Counted from the first letter of the stretch, positions 18,628 to 27,134 are shown. The stretch is 29,077 nucleotides of DNA from a virus (IMGVR_UViG_3300042864_000506:1-29077), one strand, 5' to 3'. A program made the numbers and translations. Notes: generated from the sequence alone by a model not told the origin.

Positions 18628-20037
18628 TTACAGTTCAATTTTTTTAGTTACTTCATGACCTTGTGTTCCGTGTGAGTCTGCTTGAACATGTTCCAAATAA
18701 CCTTGGTAGAAATAAACTGGAGTATTTGTTAATAAACAAAAGAACGATACTGCTCTTTCTTGATTATGACCACAATTGATGTCGTCTTTCATGTGACTTA
18801 TTAATGGAGAAACCCACCTCATGTATTTGTCAAAGAAAGAATAATCAAAACAAACATTATTAGTTGTTGCCCAAACTGGTTCTCTACCCGCAGCGTTTTC
18901 CTTATTAACAACATCCACTATAATCTTAAACATATCTAACTTATACACTGATTGAATACCTTTGAATACGGAACTAACCCACCCTGGATTCATTACATAA
19001 TGATAATTTCTCATCTCCAACGGGAAGTACCCAACAATCTTAGGTTTATGTTTTAATAGAATGTTTTTTAAATGTAATGAGTAATCATCTTTTAAGTTAA
19101 CATCATACTCCAATAAGTTAATGTACTTAGTTTTACACAAACCTTGTCTCCATATTGCATACCACGCAGTGAATGCGGTGAACAATGGATACTGTTCAAT
19201 GTTATGTTTTAAATCTCTTACAATAATAACTTCAGGATAGTTTTCTAGTTCTGTGAACTCACCTTTACCAACATACATAAAGACCACATTACCTAAAGAT
19301 TTAAATTTATTGGATTCAATATTTGATTTGATAATTTTTTGGTCATGACACATAACGTATGTTGTCAAATCCCCAACCTCCTCATACTTTAACGGTAGAC
19401 TATCTTTATATTTCCCAACAAACAATTGTCTATTGATGTCCCACTGAGCCGGAGTTTCCCCTAACGATAAATGTGTAACTCTAACATCGTATGTAACACC
19501 AACCTTTACACCTTTCAGATAGTTAGAAAATGAAAAGCTTAAATCATAGAAATGAAAACCAGGTATCTCAGCATCAAAAGTTTCTTTAATTCTACCTTTA
19601 TGTAATGAAATGAATAACCCATCCACCACAACTACGTTGGATATCTTACCTTCGTTTGGTGAATATTTTGATTCCCATTTTTTACCGTCTTTTTGGTGGT
19701 TAACAATACCTCTTAAGTTTAACGGAACATCCCACCATTTACCTGAAGATGGCATAACAACAGAACCCGCCAATCCTAAAACACCGTACTCGGTTTTTTC
19801 AAAATTCTTTAATAAATTTTTACCCCAATTCTTAGTTTCAAATAGAATATCATCATGACAAAGAACTACAATATCATTAACTGATTCGTTAATAATTTCA
19901 TTATATGTTTCTGACAATGATTTTTCACCATTGTTTATTTTTTGAATTACTTGTACGTTATTAATACCACAAGTTTTAGTAACGTAATCAATAAATTCTT
20001 GATTATCTTTTCTTGTTGAAAATCCTACTGTTATCAT
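18628..20037 (-). CDS. Two-domain GT-A glycosyltransferase-like protein
   Basis: N-domain: VLCHDDI, VVVVDGLFI, FHFYDL, VTHLSLG. C-domain: INLLEYD, HNQERAVSFF. Confidence 0.7.
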   Translation of the reverse strand: MITVGFSTRKDNQEFIDYVTKTCGINNVQVIQKINNGEKSLSETYNEIINESVNDIVVLCHDDILFETKNWGKNLLKNFEKTEYGVLGLAGSVVMPSSGKWWDVPLNLRGIVNHQKDGKKWESKYSPNEGKISNVVVVDGLFISLHKGRIKETFDAEIPGFHFYDLSFSFSNYLKGVKVGVTYDVRVTHLSLGETPAQWDINRQLFVGKYKDSLPLKYEEVGDLTTYVMCHDQKIIKSNIESNKFKSLGNVVFMYVGKGEFTELENYPEVIIVRDLKHNIEQYPLFTAFTAWYAIWRQGLCKTKYINLLEYDVNLKDDYSLHLKNILLKHKPKIVGYFPLEMRNYHYVMNPGWVSSVFKGIQSVYKLDMFKIIVDVVNKENAAGREPVWATTNNVCFDYSFFDKYMRWVSPLISHMKDDINCGHNQERAVSFFCLLTNTPVYFYQGYLEHVQADSHGTQGHEVTKKIEL

Positions 20038-21041
20038 ATTGTTGTTTTATTTTTCCAGAATGAATAAATTCCTTTTTCTAATTCGTATTCGGACCACACA
20101 AATCTATCTCTTTTAGGTTGTTTTTGTACCCATGACCACATTTGTGTTAAACCATCTTTTAAAGAAGTTTCGTGTTTAAAATCTAAAAGGTCAATTGACT
20201 TTTGAAATGTTGGTATTGAATTTTTTACCTCATGTCTTGCCTCTTTGTAGACAACTTCACCTCTTGTTGGTAGAACACTTCTTAAAACTTCACACGCATC
20301 GTTTATAGAATATTCCTCAACACCACCTAAATTAATAATTTGTTTGGATGTGTTTTCATTTTGTGATGCCTTCCACAACGGTTCGAGCGAATCGTCAATA
20401 AAACTAAACGCTCTTGTTTGATTACCATCACCAAATATTGTCATTGGTTCGTTGTTCATGTACTGGAACATCCAAATACCTAATACGTTTCTGTACTTGT
20501 CCCAGATGTTCTGTTTGACCCCATAAACGTTATGTGGTCTAATGATACACCAATCTAATCCATGTTGTTCACCAGCAATTTGTATATCCATTTCACATCC
20601 ATATTTGGCAACACCATATGGGTCAATTGGTTTTGGTGTTTGATCCTCATCAAATACTCCACCATTACCGTGACCATAAACCGCTAATGTCGAAGTGAAC
20701 ACTAATCTTTTAACGTCATGTTTAATACATTCGTTTATTATACGAGAAGTTGCCACTAAATTATTTTGATAGTTAAAACTTCTAATGAATGGTGACAACC
20801 CCTCAGCCGCATATGCTGCGAAATGATAAACATAATCGAATTTATGTTCACTAAAACATTTATCTAAATTACAATTAACTAAATTCATTTTCCAAAATTC
20901 GACTTTTGGATTTATGTTTTCAAAATACCCCCCACTCAAATCATCGATACCGACAATCTCAACCTCAGGATAATTTTTTATAATATAATCTGCCAATCTA
21001 GACCCCAATAGTCCGGCAACGCCTGTTATTAAAATTTTCAT
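20034..21041 (-). CDS. NAD-dependent epimerase/dehydratase (GalE/UDP-sugar 4-epimerase-like extended SDR)
   Basis: TGVAGLLG, DDLSGG, YHFAAYAAEGLS, FTSTLAVYG, PYGVAKY (YxxxK), IFGDGNQTRAF. Confidence 0.85.
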   Translation of the reverse strand: MKILITGVAGLLGSRLADYIIKNYPEVEIVGIDDLSGGYFENINPKVEFWKMNLVNCNLDKCFSEHKFDYVYHFAAYAAEGLSPFIRSFNYQNNLVATSRIINECIKHDVKRLVFTSTLAVYGHGNGGVFDEDQTPKPIDPYGVAKYGCEMDIQIAGEQHGLDWCIIRPHNVYGVKQNIWDKYRNVLGIWMFQYMNNEPMTIFGDGNQTRAFSFIDDSLEPLWKASQNENTSKQIINLGGVEEYSINDACEVLRSVLPTRGEVVYKEARHEVKNSIPTFQKSIDLLDFKHETSLKDGLTQMWSWVQKQPKRDRFVWSEYELEKGIYSFWKNKTTI

Positions 21042-21658
21042 AAACCGCTATAATATTTGTTTTGTTTTTCTTGACGATCAATTGTCTTATGATGTTGTAT
21101 ACAATATTCTTCATCATTAGGTAATGATGAGAATTTTTGACCCCCGATTATTCTTTCGTGAACCTTACCGTACCAAGTCATACCTTTACGGTATATTCGT
21201 CCTTGTGCATCTGGAAAGTTTACCCAACCCTTTTCGTTAAGTCTCCACCCCCACTTATCGATATGTTCTTGAGTTATACCATTAACAGTATTGATACGAG
21301 GGACAAAAATTAAATCAACCTTTGGGTTTAGTTCTAATATCTGATTAAGATTTTTAACAATATACTCACTAATCATTTCATCCGCATCTAGCTGATAGAT
21401 GTAATCACCAGTACAATACTCGTTTAATTTATTTTTCCAATCGGCGAAGTTACCCTCAAAATCAAACCCTCTCCATGTTTGAACATTTGGTTTGATATTG
21501 AATGGTTGTAAATATTCAAACACTTCAGGATTACCATTCTTATTATCGTAAAGAATGACAATCTCATCTTGAGGTCTCTTGTGTTCTAATATGAACGGAA
21601 CCAACTTCTTGATTTCCTCTAACTCGTTGCAAACTGTTATTGCGTAACTTATCTTCAT
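21038..21658 (-). CDS. GT2-family glycosyltransferase
   Basis: MKISYAITVCNE, YIYQLDADE (DxD), FPDAQGRIY, GKVHERI. Start placed at ATG 21658 rather than 21676. Confidence 0.8.
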   Translation of the reverse strand: MKISYAITVCNELEEIKKLVPFILEHKRPQDEIVILYDNKNGNPEVFEYLQPFNIKPNVQTWRGFDFEGNFADWKNKLNEYCTGDYIYQLDADEMISEYIVKNLNQILELNPKVDLIFVPRINTVNGITQEHIDKWGWRLNEKGWVNFPDAQGRIYRKGMTWYGKVHERIIGGQKFSSLPNDEEYCIQHHKTIDRQEKQNKYYSGL

Positions 21659-21749
21659 ATTTTTTTTTATTTTCATTTAATGTTAACTCCTCACATCTCC
21701 AACACCAATCTTTGTCCGATGTGTCCCACATATGTTTGTCACATTTCAT
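21564..21749 (-). CDS. Possible micro-protein with CxxH/CxxC metal-binding motif
   Basis: MKCDKH...WCWRC. Its ATG overlaps the upstream TGA (ATGA) and it fills an 87-nt gap, but its tail overlaps the GT2 gene by about 95 nt. Confidence 0.35.
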   Translation of the reverse strand: MKCDKHMWDTSDKDWCWRCEELTLNENKKKYEDKLRNNSLQRVRGNQEVGSVHIRTQETSR

Positions 21750-21958
21750 GCTCTCATTCCACCATTTATTCTTCTAGTTATTGTTTGTATAATTTCTTCA
21801 TCAACCCTTCTTGAAATTTCTTCAGACATAATTCTGGTTAATTCGGACTCAGCATCCATAGTGTACTGATTATATAAATTTTCATTAAATTGGGGATTCC
21901 ATTCTACCCTAAATTTAGTATTAACAACCCCATGAAAAAATTTAAAACTACTAATCAT
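21746..21958 (-). CDS. Small protein resembling a fragment of T4-like major capsid protein gp23
   Basis: KFRVEWNPQFNENLYNQYTMDAESELTRIMSEEISRRVDEEII parallels the remembered gp23 consensus (R/K)LKAxWxxELAQDLxAxHxxDAExELxxILSxEIxxEIDREI. Start placed at ATG 21958 (MISSFKFFHG). Confidence 0.6.
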   Translation of the reverse strand: MISSFKFFHGVVNTKFRVEWNPQFNENLYNQYTMDAESELTRIMSEEISRRVDEEIIQTITRRINGGMRA

Positions 21959-22214
21959 TTTGTCTCTCCCTCGCAAATAATTTAAAAACTCTACCGTTAT
22001 CGTTGAATGTCATATTACCGTCAGGACTCGGAGCCAAACGAATTGAACATTCATTTGGACCACTCCCAAATACAACTGGTTCGTTGTTCTCGAACTGAAA
22101 ACAAAACTCAACATTTGCGGGTGTAAATGATGGTCGAGTTAATGTCAATTGTTGTACGGGTTCTAACCTAAGAAAGTCATATTCTTCTTTCCCTCTTAAT
22201 AGTTTGAAGTTCAT
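21951..22214 (-). CDS. Hypothetical protein
   Basis: 87 aa ORF tightly packed in the operon; begins MNFKLLRG. Confidence 0.6.
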   Translation of the reverse strand: MNFKLLRGKEEYDFLRLEPVQQLTLTRPSFTPANVEFCFQFENNEPVVFGSGPNECSIRLAPSPDGNMTFNDNGRVFKLFARERQND

Positions 22215-22216
22215 TG

Positions 22217-23467
22217 TTAATTAATTTTATCTAACTTTGGTAAAATCAATTTATGTTCTTTAGGTTGATTAATAAACGGAGTTAAAATATTCCCAAACTT
22301 AATCTTCATTTTTTCTAATGAGAAATTATTAACATTCTCTTCTCTTAATTTTTCAGATCGATTAAGAAAATTATTATAATCCTTTTTAACTAACTTTAAT
22401 ACTTGTATAAGTTCATTATAATTCGCAGTAAACCATTTGGAACCTTTGATAATGAATGAGTCAACCGCACTATCATGAACATCAGTCAACGTACCACCAA
22501 TCATTACAGATTTATCCATAGGTAAAAAATCTTTATGACCAGACCAATTGGAGGCAATCACAGGTTTACCTGTCATTGTAAATTCAAGTAACGGTCTACC
22601 AAATCCTTCACCTTTAGTGATTGACACCATTGACTTAACTTTTGGATGATTATACAATTCGTTCATTTCTTTATCTGTTAATTCACCAAATAAAAGATAA
22701 ATTGAAGGAGGATTTTTATAACCGCTAACGTGGTTTTCAATCCTCTTTCTGAAATTTTCTCTTTCTTTTACTGAGAATGTTGCTGAAGATGTTTTAAGTA
22801 CCAGCGCCGGTTTGTCCTCTTCGTCTTTGAATGATTCACAAAAACATTTTATTAACATGCCGACATCTTTTCTATCCTGACCTAAATCACCTTTCAACCA
22901 ATGCCCAACAAAAAGATAAGCAAAATCTTCCTTAATATCAAAATTTAAACCATTAAATTTATTGTTATATATTGAAGTATCTGCACCTTCAAACAACACT
23001 TCGATTGGTTTAATAATTCTATGTTGAGAAACTAATTTACCCGTTGTCTTATCATTTTCGTTATAAACTGTGGATAAAAGGACATCTCTTGAAAACTTAG
23101 AAGTAGTAATTACTAAGTCCATCTTATTACAACCATCAACCCATTCTTTAGGTGCAACTGTTGTTTCTATACCAGCAGTTATACCTATATTAAACCTACC
23201 CATTCTTTGAAATTCATTTGGGACAGTAACTTGTACATAAATGTCTGGATTGGAATCAATGTATGTTACAATGTTATCGTTAATCCATTTATGAAATTCA
23301 TTATCTTCATTTAATGCTGTTGATGGGGTATTCCCCCAAGGACAACTATCTATTTTAATATCAAATAAGTTCATCTCATACAACGATTGTAATAAATCTC
23401 TTGAGTGTGAACCATAACCACTTCTTGTTTTAACTGGTCCTCTAAATAATAATACCGGTTTCATCAT
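22217..23467 (-). CDS. GT4-family glycosyltransferase
   Basis: TRSGYGSHSRD, FVGHW...DRKDVG, GEGFGRPLLEF (E-X7-E), ASNWSGHKDF. Confidence 0.85.
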   Translation of the reverse strand: MMKPVLLFRGPVKTRSGYGSHSRDLLQSLYEMNLFDIKIDSCPWGNTPSTALNEDNEFHKWINDNIVTYIDSNPDIYVQVTVPNEFQRMGRFNIGITAGIETTVAPKEWVDGCNKMDLVITTSKFSRDVLLSTVYNENDKTTGKLVSQHRIIKPIEVLFEGADTSIYNNKFNGLNFDIKEDFAYLFVGHWLKGDLGQDRKDVGMLIKCFCESFKDEEDKPALVLKTSSATFSVKERENFRKRIENHVSGYKNPPSIYLLFGELTDKEMNELYNHPKVKSMVSITKGEGFGRPLLEFTMTGKPVIASNWSGHKDFLPMDKSVMIGGTLTDVHDSAVDSFIIKGSKWFTANYNELIQVLKLVKKDYNNFLNRSEKLREENVNNFSLEKMKIKFGNILTPFINQPKEHKLILPKLDKIN

Positions 23468-24813
23468 ACTATTTTATATAAATTAAATCTCTCTCTTGGA
23501 GTAAAGTTTTTTATTGTAGTTTCAATTCCTTCCACCATCTTGGAACACATTATCTTATCCGATAAATTATTAATCATAAATTCTCTTCCTTTCTTTCCCC
23601 TTTCTTTTCTTCCTTCACGACCCCAATTGTAAACCGTCATAATTGCATTTGCAACTTCATTATCGTTAACTCTATCATCAAAAATAAATGGAGTTAACAC
23701 TGAACCATTTAGATTAATTGCTGATGGCCAAATAGGTACAACCCATTCACCCGACACTTCATCTTTTGAATTGTGTAACGAACCGATGTTAATATACTCT
23801 TCAGCAGTAAAATTAAATCCACATTGGTCTTGTAATCCACCTGTCACATTAACTATAATTGGTGTACCCGACATTAAAGATTCTGCGGTCGTTAACCCAA
23901 ACCCCTCATTACTTGCAATGTTAATCGTACAATCAACTACATTGTAAATTTCATTCAATATGTCTTGATTAAATTTACTCTCAGTAAATTTCACATCGTA
24001 ATCAACACATAGTTCTTCTATTACAGAATATAAATTAGTACCATTTTCATCAACAGGAGAAGTGTGCATTAAGAGTAAACATTTTTCAGATACTTCTTTT
24101 GGTAACTTATCACAAAACAACTTATAAGATAAAATAACATCACTGGTCAATTTTCTTCTAATGTTACGATTGTTATAGAATAACACAAAGTCGTATTTTT
24201 TATTACCATGAATCATATTAACAACATCAACCGAACTACTCTCCAATGGTTTAAACACCTCTGAATTTATTCCGTGAGGAACATAACTAATTTGCCAATC
24301 TTCCAATGGTTTATATGTTACCTTATCGTTTAATTTACCAACACGATTAACAATACCATAAGTTAACTTCGATATGGCACCAATCCAATCACAACTTTCG
24401 TAATAATCTCTATTGTATTTTGGGTCTGGAACATTGTCCCAAATGTGATAATATAAAATAGGAACTTGTTGCCTAATCTCATGTTCGTTATCGTATAACC
24501 ATTGCCAATAATGTGGGTCAGTAAAATGTAAAATGGCATCTGGTTTTTCTTCCTTAATTAATTTACGAATGATATGTATATCACCATAACCATTCGAAGG
24601 TATTATTTTGACATTAGCGTCTTGAACACCAGTTCTTTTTCTAATATCCTCATTCATGTCGATTATCTTACCTAATTCAGGATGTCTAATAGCAGCACCT
24701 AATTGAACCCAATCAAATTTGTTAACTGTACCCATCACAATTTCTTTGGACATAGTCGAAATACCCGAGGTCATCCTTAAATCATCAGATAGTAGTAGTA
24801 TCTTTTTCTTCAT
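23464..24813 (-). CDS. GT4-family glycosyltransferase
   Basis: LLSDDLRMTSG, YVPHGIN, NRNIRRK, NEGFGLTTAESLMSGTPII, TGGLQDQ. Confidence 0.85.
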   Translation of the reverse strand: MKKKILLLSDDLRMTSGISTMSKEIVMGTVNKFDWVQLGAAIRHPELGKIIDMNEDIRKRTGVQDANVKIIPSNGYGDIHIIRKLIKEEKPDAILHFTDPHYWQWLYDNEHEIRQQVPILYYHIWDNVPDPKYNRDYYESCDWIGAISKLTYGIVNRVGKLNDKVTYKPLEDWQISYVPHGINSEVFKPLESSSVDVVNMIHGNKKYDFVLFYNNRNIRRKLTSDVILSYKLFCDKLPKEVSEKCLLLMHTSPVDENGTNLYSVIEELCVDYDVKFTESKFNQDILNEIYNVVDCTINIASNEGFGLTTAESLMSGTPIIVNVTGGLQDQCGFNFTAEEYINIGSLHNSKDEVSGEWVVPIWPSAINLNGSVLTPFIFDDRVNDNEVANAIMTVYNWGREGRKERGKKGREFMINNLSDKIMCSKMVEGIETTIKNFTPRERFNLYKIV

Positions 24814-24816
24814 AGA

Positions 24817-25014
24817 TTAAAACTTTGAACCGCTTGCGGCTAAACCATTATGGTTGTTTATTGCCTCCCTGAATTTTTCGTCTTTATTATATAAATCTAA
24901 AGAACGATTAACTAATTTTTGTAAGTTAAGTGAACACTCAATCGAATTTATTTTAAATTTTTTATAAACATCATCTAAAATGTTTACACTTGTTAATTTT
25001 ATTTCTGCTTTCAT
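24817..25014 (-). CDS. Small protein, possible ribbon-helix-helix DNA-binding protein
   Basis: 65 aa. An alternating beta-strand (KLTSVNI) is followed by two helices (DDVYKKFK / LQKLVNRSLDLY), the RHH pattern. Confidence 0.5.
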   Translation of the reverse strand: MKAEIKLTSVNILDDVYKKFKINSIECSLNLQKLVNRSLDLYNKDEKFREAINNHNGLAASGSKF

Positions 25015-25047
25015 ATTAGTATATATATTTTTATATATTATAGGGAT

Positions 25048-25077
25048 TAAAAAATATCGTCAAATAAGACGATATTT
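25048..25077 (-). terminator. Perfect 10-bp inverted repeat with minus-strand T tract (intrinsic terminator and/or operator)
   Basis: AAATATCGTC (25052-25061), 6-nt loop, GACGATATTT (25068-25077). On the minus strand the stem runs into TTTTTT, about 25 nt downstream of the 25103-25276 ORF. Confidence 0.55.
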
Positions 25078-25102
25078 CACGAAATCGTTTTAATAAACGA
25101 TA

Positions 25103-25276
25103 TTATTGTTCTGGTTGTTGATTAGTCATTTCTTTAATTCTATCCACAATTGCTTGAACTTGTTGTTCTTGAACGGTAACCGTTTGTGGGTTACTTGTTG
25201 ACGAATTCTCGGTCATTCTTATTGTTGCCGTTTGTTGAGTCGTTTCGTTAGACTTCTTTTTACATCCACATGCCAT
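25103..25276 (-). CDS. 57-aa micro-protein absent from the ORF track (MACGCKKK...)
   Basis: Hand translation: MACGCKKKSNETTQQTATIRMTENSSTSNPQTVTVQEQQVQAIVDRIKEMTNQQPEQ*. Upstream TATTTATA motif, downstream hairpin, and a composition distinct from the AT-only flanks. Confidence 0.7.
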   Translation of the reverse strand: MACGCKKKSNETTQQTATIRMTENSSTSNPQTVTVQEQQVQAIVDRIKEMTNQQPEQ

Positions 25277-25292
25277 GATATTAATGTTTTTT

Positions 25293-25366
25293 TATAAATA
25301 TTTTGGTTTATTGTTTTTTATTTCTTATATTTTTAAAAGTGTAAACTATTTTAAATAAAAAATCAA
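25293..25366. promoter_or_regulatory. Divergent promoter region
   Basis: Minus strand: TATTTATA (25293-25300) and TTGATT-N17-TACACT (25366-25338). Plus strand: TTGGTT(25303)-N17-TATATT(25326). Confidence 0.5.
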
Positions 25367-25374
25367 GAATTGTA

Positions 25375-26067
25375 ATGAAAATAGGTGTTGGGGGGTGTTC
25401 ACACTCATCTTACGGTTATGGGGACCCATGGCATAAATTTATGGGCCACAAGTTGGGTGTCGAAATCATCAAATCATCATCCTCAGGAGGAGGTAATGAG
25501 ATGAATATTGAAAAAATTAAGTACATTTTTGACAAGAATCCCGACTTAGATGTTTTTGTTTTACAACTTACGGAACCATCTCGATTTGTTTTTGGAATGG
25601 AAGATTTTAACAATAGTCATGAAAAAACCGATTGTGTGTTGGACTGCCCAACGTTTTTCAACGGAGTTAAATACTATACCGCTGTCGGTAATAAAAATGA
25701 TGAAAGATTAAAAAAAAGGACAAATATTGACGTTAAATTTGATCAATTATTTAAGAATCACATTTACGTTTCCAATTATAACACCAAATATAAATTTTTA
25801 CATACACTAATGTCAATTCAACATTTAGCAAATTACTACAATAAAAAAATAATCTTTTTTAGTTGGTTTGTCGATGTTAAAGAATTGGCACAATCGGTTG
25901 GTTATCAACACATAATAGAAAAAATGACAATACTTGACGGATATGTTATGGATTTTGTTAAAAGAAATAATATCCCCGCATTACCAAGAGATAGTCATTA
26001 TGGGACAACATCACACGAAATAATATTTAACGATTACATATATCCACAACTAAAAAATTTAATTTAA
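25375..26067 (+). CDS. Divergent SGNH-like protein
   Basis: GVGGCSHS (block I GxS), SGGGN (block II), DSHY...H (block V); same layout as 3496-4167. Confidence 0.55.
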   Translation: MKIGVGGCSHSSYGYGDPWHKFMGHKLGVEIIKSSSSGGGNEMNIEKIKYIFDKNPDLDVFVLQLTEPSRFVFGMEDFNNSHEKTDCVLDCPTFFNGVKYYTAVGNKNDERLKKRTNIDVKFDQLFKNHIYVSNYNTKYKFLHTLMSIQHLANYYNKKIIFFSWFVDVKELAQSVGYQHIIEKMTILDGYVMDFVKRNNIPALPRDSHYGTTSHEIIFNDYIYPQLKNLI

Positions 26068-26072
26068 AACAA

Positions 26073-26765
26073 ATGGAACCAGATTTCAAACCAGTAAAAA
26101 GTGTTTACAACAGTAACTACGAAGCAATTAAGAACATTATGTTCCTCTATAATATCGAAAGATTCGATTTAGATTGTACGTACTCAAAGGGAAATTTTTG
26201 GAAGGACTTACCCTCACCCGTTAATAAATCTGACATCTACCCTGTTAATGATACGGTTGTTGAAGCAAGTTCAGAAAAATTACCATTTGGTAATGGTTCA
26301 ATGAGGAGTATTATGTTTGACCCACCATTCGTAATTGCCGGTAAATCATATAAAGGTAATAAGGAAGGTAGCTCAATCATTGCCAAGAGATTTGAGGGTT
26401 ATGAGACATATAACCATCTAAAAAACCATTATTATAACACTTTGAAGGAGTTGTATCGAATCTGTGAGAAAGGTGGGTATGTGGTCTTTAAATGTCAAGA
26501 TACGGTATCGGGCGGAAAGAATCACTTCTCTCACGTTATGGTAATGAATATGGCTCAAGAGTTGGGGTTCTACCCAAGAGACTTATTCATCTTAACATCT
26601 AACGTTCGTATTAATAGTTTTGGAACTAAGTGGACTAAACAAGAACATGCTCGTAAGTACCATTCATACTTTTGGGTATTTGAGAAAGTAAAACCAAGAG
26701 TGAAATACGATAACCCTGTTGAGGTGGTTACCGAACAGGATTCAATGGAGTTCCTAAATACATAG
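26073..26765 (+). CDS. SAM-dependent amino-methyltransferase (DNA m6A/m4C MTase-like)
   Basis: LDCTYSKG (motif I-like), SIMFDPPF (motif IV DPP[YF]), ELYRI..KGG..VFK; no cognate nuclease nearby. Confidence 0.65.
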   Translation: MEPDFKPVKSVYNSNYEAIKNIMFLYNIERFDLDCTYSKGNFWKDLPSPVNKSDIYPVNDTVVEASSEKLPFGNGSMRSIMFDPPFVIAGKSYKGNKEGSSIIAKRFEGYETYNHLKNHYYNTLKELYRICEKGGYVVFKCQDTVSGGKNHFSHVMVMNMAQELGFYPRDLFILTSNVRINSFGTKWTKQEHARKYHSYFWVFEKVKPRVKYDNPVEVVTEQDSMEFLNT

Positions 26766-27093
26766 CAACTTTGTCACCAACCTTCCAATTGGTGGCGGTG
26801 CCTGCGGGAAATTCAATTACATGGTCCCCAATACCTGTGTACCTCGGTGGGTTGGTCCAATGACTATCAGGAGCCTCGCAGTTTGTGTGTATTCGACTTA
26901 TACGATTGTTTAAAACAAAGATTATGTCGAGAGGTATTAAACAATTCTTCATCCAAAATGAATGATGACCTTTACCCATATTAAAAACCATACAACCACT
27001 TAATGAGTCTCTACCCATCATACCTTTACGAATGTCTTCTGGTGTTTTTAGGTATTCGGCTTCAAATGTTTGGTTGTTAATGTGTACTGACAT
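26728..27093 (-). CDS. DUF192-family protein
   Basis: RKGMMGRDSL, CMVF, SFWMKNCLIPLDIIF, VIEFPAG, VGDKV. Confidence 0.85.
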   Translation of the reverse strand: MSVHINNQTFEAEYLKTPEDIRKGMMGRDSLSGCMVFNMGKGHHSFWMKNCLIPLDIIFVLNNRISRIHTNCEAPDSHWTNPPRYTGIGDHVIEFPAGTATNWKVGDKVAMYLGTPLNPVR

Positions 27094-27096
27094 ATC

Positions 27097-27134
27097 TATA
27101 ATTATTTGGTTTTTTGAAATAAAATTAGTATAAT
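27097..27134. promoter_or_regulatory. Divergent promoter region
   Basis: Plus strand: TTGGTT(27106)-N17-TATAAT(27129), 6 nt before ATG 27141. Minus strand: TAATTATA (27097-27104), 3 nt before the DUF192 ATG. Confidence 0.5.

Noticed and set aside
4214-24813. Ordinary bacterial LPS/capsule locus
   Set aside because: No Wzx/Wzy/ABC exporter/initiating transferase, and the locus is interrupted by a phage fibre, a capsid-like fragment and phage-type small ORFs. A cellular origin is not formally excluded from this window alone.
25015-25374. tRNA or structured ncRNA in the largest gap of the ORF track
   Set aside because: No cloverleaf or T-loop motif was seen; the gap is explained by a 57-aa ORF, palindromes and promoters.
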